Shown: piece by piece, positions 1 to 12,070 of the stretch
Layout: the number at the start of each line of letters is the position of its first letter
How positions within the stretch are numbered: the first letter of the stretch is position 1
NCBI RefSeq assembly: GCF_006345805.1
Contig: NW_021833953.1
Location: 1 to 53,959, forward strand
Length of the DNA stretch: 53,959 bases
Direction: 5' to 3'
From: Octopus sinensis
Taxonomy: Eukaryota
Notes under the pieces: generated by a model
What the model was told of the DNA's origin: nothing
The model's database searches: none
What the model saw: only the letters and a program-made list of their open reading frames with translations
Program-made: the position numbers and the translations under genes

Positions 1-119
1 ATGCACGCTTTAATTAATTAAATAAATATTAAGGTTTTTTATTATTTTTATATTATTATCTCTTTTTTTTAGTGGAGAAATTAACAAAAAATATAATTTT
101 ATTATAATCTGAGCATGTC

Positions 120-152
120 GGTCCAAAATAAAACCTGGTCCAAAATAAAACC
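120..152. repeat. Two tandem copies of GGTCCAAAATAAAACC; possible subterminal repeat of a DNA transposon
   Basis: Exact 16-mer at 120-135 and 137-152, followed by GGTCACAT. Confidence 0.6.
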
Positions 153-599
153 GGTCACATTTATTATATAAAATAATCGTTGGATAATTGTATGTCCTTA
201 AGCATAGTCACTGCATCTGGACCAAATAAAATTCGAGCGATTTCAAAAGCCACTGGTTTAATTAACTTTTCCCCTAGAATTATGTGGAAGTCTGTTTTTT
301 TACAATAATAATTGAAACCTATTTGTTTTACATATAAATTAAAATTACAGCATATGATGCTTCTAATCTCGGTTAATTTTGGGATTTATTAAACCATTTA
401 AGGTTTGGCTGTTAATCAATTTTTTTGATTTTAAAATATTTATGTGAGCAACAATTTTCTGAGTGTACAAACTTTTTGTGTCGTCTAAGTTAAGAAAGTT
501 TCAGTGAACTGTTTCCCAAAAATCTATGGCGATTCATGCATTTTGTCTTTATTTAAAGAAATGGATTTAGTGACCAAAGTAGACAACAGCAATGAAAAA

Positions 600-1250
600 A
601 CTTTTTATAAAATTTTCTTAGAATAAAAAATCTCAACAATGTTAGTTAAATTTCCTGTTTCTAGGATTGGCTTCCCGTTTGAGGTTACCATAATTACACA
701 TTTAGCAAAAATTCGTCTGGCCTTTAACCAAGGTGCAAAAGCTTTCACATTATGAGCCTCAAAATAAGGTCATAAACCAATCTCTGGAAAATCACTCATT
801 CTAGCTTAGAAACTGGGAAATGCTAGTGAGCTTATTTTCTCTTTTTGTTGAACTCTCCGAATGGTAGCGCTTATTCGAGGATAAGACAAGCCAGGCATTA
901 GATATTAAGTATTGACTAAAGTCATTTCCTGAGGTTTCTTCGAAGTAAGAAATAGCAGCAATCTCAAATACATTTATTAGCATTGTCCACATAGAACAAG
1001 CGATATTATCGTCTTTTGTCTTATTACTGATATTTTGAGTTAATCTACAAAACTTTTGTTTACTTAATGTTTTGCCTTTTTTAGTTGCACTATGAATGCA
1101 GCCCTGAACGTGCCACTAAACGATACACTGATCCGTTAAAAGTAGTTGGTCAACAACAATGTCTAAATAGCTAACTCAACACATTCTTCAATAAGAACAA
1201 AACTTTAAAACTGCCTTGTTGACATTGAATTTTACACCACATTCACTACG
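600..1250 (-). mobile_element. Possible degenerate Mutator (MULE)-like transposase remnant
   Basis: Minus-strand fragments VQGCIHS and ISYFEETS loosely resemble the MULE GCxFH and YFExTW motifs. The region is AT-rich and contains many stops. Weak support. Confidence 0.3.
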
Positions 1251-1517
1251 TCACCTAGCCAAAATAAAAAAGAATGAGTACGCCCGTAAAAATCATACCC
1301 AGATTTTGTACTTTTAATTCGAAAGAGATTTTCTTTTTGACATATAGTGACTACTGATAAAAAATATAGGCACATGCATAAATCTACAAAACAAAAATAA
1401 GCCTATGTACATGACTAACTCTGTTTTAAAGCACCTACAAAGCTCAACAAACAACAGAGAGAAAGATAATGAGAATTAGTAAATATGTGATAAACCAAAT
1501 CAAGAAAGAAAAAGTAA

Positions 1518-2525
1518 TCAAACGAAAGTGACAGTCTCAGCCTCCTGCCACTCAATCTTATTATTGATGAGATCATGAAGAGACATGCAAGAACGAAGGA
1601 GAGAATTGATATACACCACCAATAATTGGTCGTTAATTTTAACATTAAAAGGCTGCCATACAAATAAACAATACCTCTACAAACTCGTCCACTGGAGGCA
1701 TAAGAGTGAGGATCTCCTGAATGCCGAAAGCAATCTTGTTGGGGACGGGAGTGGCCGTGTCCAAATAATGTTCCAAAAAGTCCCCAATCCTGACAAGCTG
1801 ATCAACCAATGCTCGAAGTCCAATAATTTGCCCAGTGATTCTCGACGAAAGAGTGCCGTACACATTTTTCCCGACGTCCCTGGCAGTGAATAAATGTCTC
1901 TCACCGGAGAAGGTGTTCCACTCCCACTTCCTCGGCCTCCTCTGCCCCAATCTCGCTGGGAATACGCTCAAATGTATTTTCGGGGACTCCCCACTCGGCC
2001 ATTTCCCCCACCATTCGATAGGCCTGTGTGGGCAAGTCAAACGTGGAGGAAAGTGACTGAATGACCACAAGAACCTTAATATAAATAGAAAAGAGGACTG
2101 GATCAGTGCAGAACTGCTTAAATAGGAGGTGGATGTCCATGTCGTTGAGGTAGAGAGTGTTTCCGTTGTGATACCACCCCACAATCCTCTCCTTGGCTAA
2201 AATAACACACAGGACATACCAACCTGTCACTTTTTTGAACATATCGGACATTTTTTCGAGATAAGTCGAGTCAATGAACCATAAACTGGAGTCTTCAACA
2301 TCCTGGTCGTATGGCACTATGGGATGACTGGATAACAGTACAGCCGTAGCTGTTGGTTATCTCCAACTCGGTCCCCACTCGATACCCCAGCAATACACCC
2401 AGTACACGGTCCACTGTTGTATTCTTGGATATTCTCGTGTAGTGGTCAGCCACGTTGAGAAGGACGAGAGGATGGACTATTATTTTGCTGACTAATTTGG
2501 TTGTGTCAGTGTACACAGGATTCAT
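1518..2525 (-). CDS. PSMD7: 26S proteasome non-ATPase regulatory subunit 7 (Rpn8/MOV34), 5 micro-introns
   Basis: MPN-domain motifs VHPLVLLNVADHY, ERIVGWYH and PSEIGAEEAEEVGVEHLLRD are joined by GT-AG introns of 25, 27, 24, 25 and 22 nt. Confidence 0.96.
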
Positions 2526-2612
2526 TTGTACAACAAGATTATTTTTTAAATTTAAAATTTAATTTAATAAAAAAATATTTATTTTTATTAGTAGGTGTCT
2601 TTGTGTAGCAAA

Positions 2613-5600
2613 ATGAGGGCCACTTTTTCCAACATGGCCAAATTCGCCAACACAATGAATCTGCCCAAGACAACCCTCCCCCTCTCACAACGAGGTCTCC
2701 CCGACACAGAAAAACGTCTCCACAAGGTATATCCGTCCACCCAACCACTAGACCTGTGACATGGACAATCTATACAATTGGCAGCACAAAAGAGAAGGAC
2801 TTGAGACCTTCATCCTCCACGACGGGCCACCATATGCCAACGGAGATGTCCACATTGGCCACGCCCTGAACAAAGTTGGTCCTCTTCTTCTCCTCCCAGA
2901 TCTTGAAGGATATCACCAACCGATATAAATTACTGAGAGGTTTCCGAATACATTTTATTCCCGGCTGGGACTGTCACGGTCTCCCCATCGAGTGGAGAAT
3001 CCGCGACTGTTGGAGTGACAAATCCCTATCTTCCGTGGATTTACGGAATAAAGCACGTTTATTTGCAGAGGAGGCCATTGAGACACAAAAAAAGGCTTTT
3101 CGTCGTTGGGGGGTAATGGCCGACTGGGACAGACCTTACAAGACGATGGATCCTCAATACCAGGCCAACCAGATCAGGGCTTTTGGACTGCTGTATGAGA
3201 AAGTAGTCCATTCCTATATTGTGGGGACTCATCTACCGGAAACTGATGCCTGTGTATTGGTCTCCCGTCACCAGGACTGCCCTCGCGGAGGCCGAGTTGG
3301 AGTACAACCATAAACACAGCAGGTTGGGTAGTCCACTTAAATTAGTCAATCGGTCTTTGTGAGGTTCAGACTGAGCAAACATCCCTTCGATGGCCAGGCT
3401 GTGTTCGCCCTTGTGTGGACTACTACAGCCTGGACACTCCCGGCCAATGAGGCAATATGCTATAATCGGGATTTTGAGTTGTGTTTGTGATTTATGGCAG
3501 ATATGGGCTATATTTGTCGGGTTCGGATTTGTATGTTATTTCCACTGCATTGGCCGCCCGTGTGGCCCAGCAAACACAAATGCCTCTTCGATTGATGCGA
3601 ATTATTTCGGGTTGTGTTTGGGAGGCATTGACAGGTCATGAATTGGAGAACTGTCGATATCTCCACCCTTTTAAAATGACAGAACGTGGTTTTATAAATT
3701 CTGAAAAAGTGACGAATGAGGAAGGGACTGCCCTCATGCACTGTGCCCCCTCCCATGGCCACGAGGATTATTTAATTGGACTGAAACACTCTCTCGAAAT
3801 GGTTGGCCTTCACTTTCACTTCAGGAAGATATTGTGGATGAAGGAGGAGTACTGAGGGATCACTCCGGGCTGGGGGGACTCAACATACTCGATGATACAG
3901 CAGAGAGTGAGTGTAATTGATGTAGGCTAGTAATCCAGACCATTGGTCGAGATGTGGTGGGTGTGTGTCCCCTCATTCACTCTTACCCCTACGACTGGCG
4001 CAGCAAAACGCCTGTCATTCTTAAACCCAGCCGACAGTGGTTTTTTGACTGCGAACGTATTAGAGAACGAGCTATTGTAGTGTTATCTGTACATTGCAGG
4101 AGTTGGTCAGCCAATTGGACGTGTTTCCGCCTGTCTTTCTACGACAGTTGGTCAGTCTGGTCAAAAGTCGTCCCACTTGGTGTATTTCCCGACAACGGTC
4201 GTGGGGAGTGCCCATTCCCGTGTTCTACGATGGGGAGACTCCAGTGGTGAATAGGTGGCCTTTTCTTATGACCGAAGAGTCCTTATTAGGCACATTGAAC
4301 AGGTCATTCGAGAGGAGGGGAGTGATGTCTGGTGGACTGCTCAGATTGGGGATATTATTCCCCCACGTGTGTGTTCAGAGGCAGGGATTGAGGTGGGCAA
4401 ATTGAGAAGGGGGACTGATATTATGGATATTTGGATGGACAGTGGGCTGTCTTGGCTGACGGTTATTCCCCACGTGCCGGCAGACATGTATTTGGAAGGA
4501 CACGACCAAATCAGAGGGTGGTTTCAGTCCTCCCTCCTTATGTGTGTCGGTCTCCACTCCCGTCTCCCCTTCAAGTACTGCTGAGTGGCCCACACAGGTC
4601 TCTGGCTGTCCACGGATTCACTACGGACGAGAAGGGACTCAAAATGTCCAAATCAGTGGGAAATGTGCTCAGTCCGTGGTATATCACTGAGGGGGACATG
4701 GGTGTGACCACTCTCCGCTGGTGGGTCGCCTCCACGTCCTTCCAAGCTGACGGGACATGCTCATCCTCCATTCTGAGAGATATGTTTGAAAGGACATTTC
4801 AGATGAGGAAGTTTATTCGATTCATGTTGGGATGTGTCCACGATTTGGATGGGCTTTCCAGTCCTCGGAGTGCATTGGATCATCACTTTCTCCATTCCAT
4901 TCAAACTGTTGACCATTCTGTCCTCCCATCACTCCTTATTCTTAGATTGTGGCTGCTTTTGACTCATGCAAGTTTAGTCTTGTCCTCAAACTTCTGGAGG
5001 ACTACAGACAGTATGTCTCCACCAGCTACTTCTCTCGTATTAAACATCGGTTGGACATTTTGAGTATTTCCAAGACTATATTGCTTCCATTCAAGTTCTC
5101 CATCCAGGAAGTCTGCTCAGTCAGTCATTCTTTGCTGTCTGGATTTGTTTATGTTTGCTTTGGCGCCGATTGTGCCTCATTTGATTGAGGAAGTCTACGA
5201 ACACCACCCTTTTAGATCTGGTAGTTCGTCTAATTATTCCAGAAATCTCGTTTTTTAAGAAAAAGTGGCCATCTTTGAATATATACTCGACTGCCAACCA
5301 GCAGGTCGTCCAGAAAGTGAATGTGCTGCACCAATTCAATAAATCATTCAAAGACAAGTCGATTGACCTCAGTCGGTTTATTCTCCATGTTCACGACCTT
5401 TCTTTCCTGGTGTGTTCTCGCAATATTTCAGGACATGACCACTCCTCTCGATGGACGTGAATATTCTGATCTCGTGGAGGTGTTTCAATGTTCTGACGTG
5501 ACTGTTTCCTCGTGTCCTCCAAAGGGCGATAATTACATAGAAATTGATGGTAATATTGCTGGTGTGCAGTCTAGGTCTGTGTATATCATTTGAGCCATCA

Positions 5601-5705
5601 AACAAATCCAAATGTCTCAGATGTCGGAGATTTGTGGTCGACAGTTCTACTCCCCTTTGTTCTCTTTGTTTGGAAATTGTTTCCAATCATTCAAACAATT
5701 CTTAG
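2613..5705 (+). CDS. IARS2: Mitochondrial (bacterial-type) isoleucyl-tRNA synthetase, about 16 micro-introns
   Basis: [16 protein letters not shown] (HIGH), [73 protein letters not shown] at 4641-4655, and a C-terminal KCLRC...LCSLC zinc finger. Confidence 0.97.
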
Positions 5706-5750
5706 ACTTAAGATGGTTTTGTTTAGTAAGCACATGTAAGAAAATATAAG

Positions 5751-6320
5751 TTAATATGTTTGGAATGAGCTAATGTGAGCTGAGTGTACCTGTGGATAGG
5801 AATGTTCCAACTAACCAATTCGTCTTTAAACTGAATCATTTCCAAGAGTTCGTCCGTGGAAACAGCGTCGGTGACGAGACAGGCAATTTTGTAGATCATT
5901 TGATCCTCGACGATACTTTCTCCCCACTCCAGTCCGACTAGTGAAATGTTCCTGATGTGAGAATCCACCAAGGAGGCATCACAGTCCTGCATTCTTATGT
6001 CGATCACCATCAAATATTTTTCTGTTTTCCCGTCTGTCATAAGGACATGACATTACTGGTGTATTCCGGAGAAATATTCTCGAGGGTCGTGTCGTCCACT
6101 GACAGTCTCCGCAGACGTGTCAATGCCGCAATGTGTGTGTACCACCTCAGGAGGTGAGGGTAGTCGGAGGAGGGCACATTGTGGGCCAGATTGTGGAAAA
6201 CTGAATAGTCTAGGGAGGAGACTTGGTGGCTGTCGAACTCAGGACTACAACTCACCCATCTATGTAGCTTCGACTGGCCAAGAATGAGTTGAGTAAGTTC
6301 AGATCATCAAAACCAACCAT
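5751..6320 (-). CDS. EEF1B2: Divergent elongation factor 1-beta family protein, 3 micro-introns
   Basis: N-terminal LNSFLASRSYIDG...YPHLLRWYTHI and C-terminal GNE-like HIRNISLVGLEWGES...IACLVTDAVSTDELLE. Introns of 26, 23 and 26 nt. Paralog identity is uncertain. Confidence 0.8.
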
Positions 6321-6374
6321 ATCGTCATTTAAATAACGTAATAAAAGCTTTTATTAACTCATAATATCAACTAT

Positions 6375-7945
6375 CTAGATTATCTCTAATCCTGTTATTC
6401 CAAATTTCAACCTATTAAACTTTTTGAATATTTTTTGCAGTTCTTGATCGAAACTGATCTCTGAGTGGTGGCCAGAACATTCAACTACCTGGCTGGACGT
6501 CGTTTTTTGGGACAAAAGTCACTTTGTTTTCAATTTTCGACAGGGGACGGCTCTGTCTGCCCACAGGGTCGAAGGATCGTTTAGGTTCCCTTATGTCTCT
6601 TTGTTTATAGTTCTGAGTAATAGACTGAATGTACTGAGGGGCAGTCGACTTGTTCGTAGGTGTTTATCTCCTTTTGGTCAATCTCGGATGACTTGAATTT
6701 TGGGTTCAGCAAATTGTTATCGACTTTTAAGCACGGAGCCGTTTGTTTTTTAATGGACTGTTGCCAAGGCATATCTTAAATGATATTCGATGAATATTAC
6801 TGGGAGGTGGGTGGTCTGGATGTCGCAGGTTGGGGAATCTATAAAAAATAAGTCAAATACCCAACTGTCTGTCAGAACTGGTCGGAAATGCTATCACAAG
6901 TCAGTCAGAGCACTAAAACCGTTAAACGCAGACTTCCTTCAACATGAATATATGCAATACCTTTTCTCCAACAGATCAGGATTATTCTTTCTCTACCGGA
7001 TTAGTGACTATGTGCATTCTACCCTGTTCAGCAGATTGACCTCGTAGTCCTATGATATAACCCCATAGACAGTTACGTTTGAAAGTGCATTCAGTTCTTG
7101 TTTGTGGACTTGAATCACGTCGATCAAGTCGCTGGGAATGTATTCCATTTCCTCGCTTCGTTCGGTCAATTCTTCTTTTTCGTTTAAGATTTGGTCGTGT
7201 GGCTCGAAAATGTTGAGTACACAGTTCTAGATGGTGAGACTAAGGCACCAGAGTTGGCTTGATCTGTCTCACAAACATGCAGCCAACGTAGCGCACTTTT
7301 TTGACCAGTCCGTACAACAGGGATTCTTGAAGAGCGAGGATTTCCTTCGAGTAGTTATTTCGGGATTCGATTGCGTTGGACAATTCTGCCCGAGAATGTG
7401 TCTTTTCTGCACTTTTCAGTCATCGGGGTACTTTTATTTTTCACAATCCTGTCCACTGCATACGACAGACGTTTCAGTGTGATTAATTTGTTTTTGATTT
7501 GTCGGTCGTAATCCTTGCTATAACTCGAGTAGTCCTCCTTCCACATGTCCAAAATCCCCATGAACATTTTACCCGATTCCAAACTCATTGTGCTGTACAT
7601 AAACAGATTAACCAACATTTCCAAGACTTGTAGTTCATGTACACTGTTTGCTAATTCAGATGTGATCTGCAGGATTATCGAGCCCAGGTCTTTGCAGCCT
7701 GTCAGGGAATACATAAAGTTCCCAATGGTCTGAAGACTGGTCACGTAGGCACTCAATATGGGCTGGATTGCCTTCAGAGCCACGCCTACGACTAGATAGA
7801 CTTATTGAACTCAGTTTGTTGGACTTGGCAATAAACTCTTCGAACAAAGACATGTTTTCCTATCAATAGAACACTCCTATACTTTCATGCTGCTGAAGGT
7901 TTTGTTAAATATTGTTTCTAACTCTCCTATTCCTCTGTCGTGCAT
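6375..7945 (-). CDS. MTSS1: MTSS1/MIM-like IMD (I-BAR) domain protein
   Basis: ELETIFNKTFSSMK|ENMSLFEEFIAKSNKL...GCKDLGSIILQI...DMWKEDYSSYSKDY...CMFVRQIKPTL aligns with the MIM IMD domain. The start codon and C-terminal exon structure are less certain. Confidence 0.82.
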
Positions 7946-8064
7946 CTCGTTTTCCACGATTACTTCTATTTAAATCAAGCGTCATTCGGCTGTAATCCAA
8001 GCAGTAAATATATCCGATATATTCCTTCTCGATGAAATGCCAATTTTGAAAAAAGGCAATTCCT

Positions 8065-10542
8065 ATGACGACGATGAGTGCCATGTCAGACCACACTTTC
8101 GAACACGATGTAAACGACGTGGTTGACGAGGTTGTGGGTACCCCGATTTGTAGTACTTGCACTATATGAGTTACGAGAACACCCGTCAGGCCCTCAAGAA
8201 GGAAAGGTCTTCTCAAAAAAGTAGTATCGGCATGAAGACAAAAAAGGAAGTGAAGGTTGGGGACTGTGATATGGACGCAGACGAGGTTACTGCAGTTCTT
8301 GGAAGACGGTGACCGTGATTCATTCGCGGAGGAATGGGCAGTGGCCTTTGCCGGTTTGAAAAACAAATCAGCAGTGGATACAAAAAACAAAATGCGATTT
8401 TATGTTGAGATTTTCTTTGCAACGTTCGAGCACAGGGAGCCTGCAAATGTTTTTGTGTTCGCTGACTTGCCAGTTCGACGAGGAAGCCAATGCTCAGCGC
8501 CTACAGTTATTTAAAGACTTTTTGGAGGCCGAAGGTGCCGAACTGGGTCAGTCAAGGGATTTCTTTCCATATTGTGCACTCGTCTGTATAAAGAATCCGA
8601 GGACTCACCGAGCATTCAAAAACATATTCACGGAAGACTGGGTGACTAGTTTGAGAGGAAAACTTGAAAAGTTTATGAATAAATTCTACAAAACAGAGCG
8701 GCCTCGTCTCTTCGATCTAAGGGTATCTGTCCGATAACGTTTATTGCCAGAAAAACACAATTTGCAAATGTAAAATTGAGGTGTTTACTTGATAAGCATG
8801 TGACAAGGTCGAACGGGAACGGGACTTGATCGAACGACGTCTGGAAAAAGCAGTCAAGCAACTGAACGAGGTGGAAATTGATTATCGGAACCTAATCGAC
8901 ACTGCCAGTCAATTAATCGATGTTCTTGAAGACACGGTCAATGGCAAAGTGGTTGAGGAGTCCTCACATGTGTGTAGCTCACTCCGGAGAATTTGGACGA
9001 CATTGCCAAGAAAATGTTCAGAAATGAGGGGACCAATCGAATCATGTCCAGTAGAGCGTTCTTCCAAGTAAATCGGGCAAGTGAGAGAATCCCAAACGAG
9101 CCAAAGTACATGCAGACTGTGAGTAGTTCAGGGAAAAGGGAGAATCGAGCAGACTTGACTTTGACAAGATCAGACAGACAATATCAGAAAGTGATGAGAT
9201 GAAGACATGTCTTGTGTTGCAGGCTCTCCGATGGGTATGAAAGTGGCATTTATTCGTCAGAAACTAACCAGGGCAACCAAACAACGACGAAAGGATATTC
9301 TGACCAGTTTCATCAACAATGACATTATTGGGTGCAGAAGACTGGTGGACTACCAGAAATACGTTGTCAGATGTTTCAAGTCGACATGTACAGAAACTCG
9401 CCAGTACATGGCCCGCTTTATTAACTCGTTGGCCTCGCTTGCCCGTGGTGGGTTGTCTGTGGTCAGTCTGTAGGGAGAGACTATTTGACTAATTCGCCTA
9501 CTTTGCTGGTCTCAATGATATCAACAATGCGTGAGGAAGAAGGGGACACGGTGACTCGACAGCATTTGATAGGGGCAATTCAAAAACTCACTCTGCGGTC
9601 AGTCCAACTGAATAAGACAGTTAGACGTCCATTCCAAAAAGAAATGATAAAAATGAACTTGATTGAGTGGATCATGGAACAACTAGAGGACTATCGAAGA
9701 CTGTCCGACTACTCTCTTGAGTATGGAGTGGCCCTCCTAATGAATTTGTGTCTTCTCCGAGCAGGGAGAGAACGGTGCGTGGGGAATGCAGGCAAATATT
9801 TAAAGTTGCTGTTGGAATTATTGTGCAATCCAAACCCCGAGGTAATCTCTTCATATAGTGTAGATTCAACCATATGTCCACGGGACGATATACACGCTCC
9901 TTTCAGACCCCAGAGTCAGGGTTGTGGGGAACTCGATGGTAGGCCTACTGCTGATTCCCAGAACATGGAAACCCATCTCACGGAAATTATCAGAAACAGC
10001 ACATCTGAGAATGCAAAACAGATCCAACACATAATCAGGCGTTTACAGGGTTCTGATTGTGCTCATTGCAGACGATTCTGACTACCAAGCAAAGTCAGAC
10101 GACGAGGAAGAGCCGGATAACAGCGAGGTACCCTGTGCCCACATCCCCAGGATGACCCTGATGTGATGGAACCAGACCTGAATGAAGGGGAAATACTGAA
10201 TGTCCAAAACATGCTCAGCGGAGACTCACTGCTAAACCAGGAATACTGCGTGTCCTCAAAGCCTGGAAATGATTTTTACATGAGTCGGCCGACCACTCCA
10301 ATGAAGCCTCCCCCACGAACAGTCCAGCCTTCTCGTACTAAAATGGAGTCTGACCAGCCTGAGGGTAAAACTGATGACTCATTTCAGTGGCTGACAACAA
10401 CGTACTGCCCGTGATGACTATCGATACAAAACTTGAGTTCAAGTTGTCTAATCATGAATATAGTCTTAGAAACTACGACGCTGTCTTTGTAGCTCGACCA
10501 CGAATTGCCAGAACTCCCGATGTGGACATAAAAAGACGATAG
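8065..10542 (+). CDS. ARMC9: LisH domain-containing protein ARMC9 (ciliary)
   Basis: LisH-like VVDE|YLHYMSYENT, KMRFYVEIFFA, FLEAEGAELGQSRDFFPYCAL, TRQYMARFINSLAS, TRQHLIGAIQKLTLR, SDYSLEYGVALLMNLCL and C-terminal RPRIARTP. Confidence 0.93.
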
Positions 10543-10644
10543 ACCAATTCTTCTTGATTAATTGGGTTTAATTAACTCTTTTTGTCAAAGAGAACAATTA
10601 GTCTGTAATATCAGAGAAGTATTAATTGGCTGGTTACTACGATA

Positions 10645-11380
10645 ATGTCCATTCGTGTGGTGGTTTGTAAAAGTTTTGAGGAAAATGACTCATACGGCGA
10701 GTGTTTGTCAGAGAAGTATAGCACTAAAATCTTCAATGTGATTAAATTTGTCCACATAAATGAGTCCGAAATGACATTGAGCCTCCGGGACGACACACTT
10801 GACGGTATCACCAGCCAATCATCCCTAAGGAATCATATTGACTAGTCCTCGAGCAGCGCATATATTTTTGACCCACCTCGACTCAACTCACATTTGGGTC
10901 GATAAGAAAATATTTTGCGTAGGCAAAAGAACAGCTTCAATTGTCCTCAAACTGAAAAATGTTGTAGTCGCCGAAGGACCTCAGGCTCTGCCACAATCCA
11001 TCGCCAACTCAGTCCCCCCTGAGGCACACCTGCTGTACCCTCACAGCAACATTGCCAACCCTCGCCTGCCTCGAGAACTGCGACAAGCCGGCATTAAATT
11101 GACTCAACTGGCTGTTTATGAGACTATCCCGGACGATGAGGGGGTCATTGCGTTAGAACGTCATTTGGCAGTCCAAACACCCCAATTTCTCGTGTTCTTC
11201 AGTGGGTCAGGCGTGAGAGCGTGTGCTCGCCTACTGACCGACAAAATGGACTCCCAAATTGTAGCCGTGGGGGAAAGTGCCGAGGAGGAACTCAACAAAT
11301 TGAATATCTCCATAACTGGCTATCTCAGCACTCCCTCACCACAGTCCCTACTGGCCTTAATTAATACTCACATTAACTAA
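10645..11380 (+). CDS. UROS: Uroporphyrinogen-III synthase, one 25-nt intron
   Basis: D|GIILTSPRAA, IFCVGKRTA, LAVYET, FLVFFSGSGV, IVAVGESA and STPSPQSL match the HEM4/UROS family. Confidence 0.9.
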
Positions 11381-11413
11381 CAATAATCAAAAAGAACAAA
11401 GTAAGAGTAACAA

Positions 11414-11976
11414 CTACATTCCGGGAGGACCAGGAGGCATGCGTGGGGGCATCTGTCGGGGGACGGACTGTCCATTCAAGGGTAGGCGAGTGGCCAGAGA
11501 CTGTTGGAAGGGAGGAGGCATCATGGGGGGTCTCATGGCCGAGGGGTGCATCATGGAAGGGGCAGGCAGACCCACTCCTCTCGGGGCAGTTTGTAAAGCC
11601 GGGTTTGTCATAGGGACACCTCTCCCAGCCATTTTAGCAATTCCTGGGTTGACGGGGACGGTGGCCTGAGGGAGTCTTATGGCTGTCTCCTCGGGGGGTG
11701 GACGTCCTTCCACGGTCATCAACATCAAATGCTCCCCTCGGAGAAGGACAAAGCCAAGAGAACGCTTTTCTTCTCTTTCCTCTTTGGTTTCCCTGTTCTT
11801 GATAATTCGGAATTCGTCACAGTCCCCCAAGACCACGTTCATATGTCGATCAAACCCTTTCATTGTGCCGACTAGTTGGCGACCATCGGACAGTGTCAGT
11901 CGCATTCGAAAGTTCAAAAACTGAATTACTTTACCACTTCTTGGTGCCTATAATTAGAATACATAATAAGCACCAT
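11414..11976 (-). CDS. SNRPB: Small nuclear ribonucleoprotein SmB/B'
   Basis: ATG, a 26-nt intron, then [16 protein letters not shown]...[16 protein letters not shown]...[18 protein letters not shown] and a Pro/Met-rich tail. Confidence 0.96.
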
Positions 11977-12070
11977 CCACACAAGACACAAATACACACA
12001 CTGTCCTAAACGCGATATTTATTATACTTGAATATGTATTAATAATCATATATATTACTAATTTGAGAAT

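Noticed and set aside
7905-8390. 161-aa minus-strand ORF and similar antisense ORFs across the gene block
   Set aside because: They are shadows of real genes on the opposite strand or in other frames, and have no recognisable motifs.
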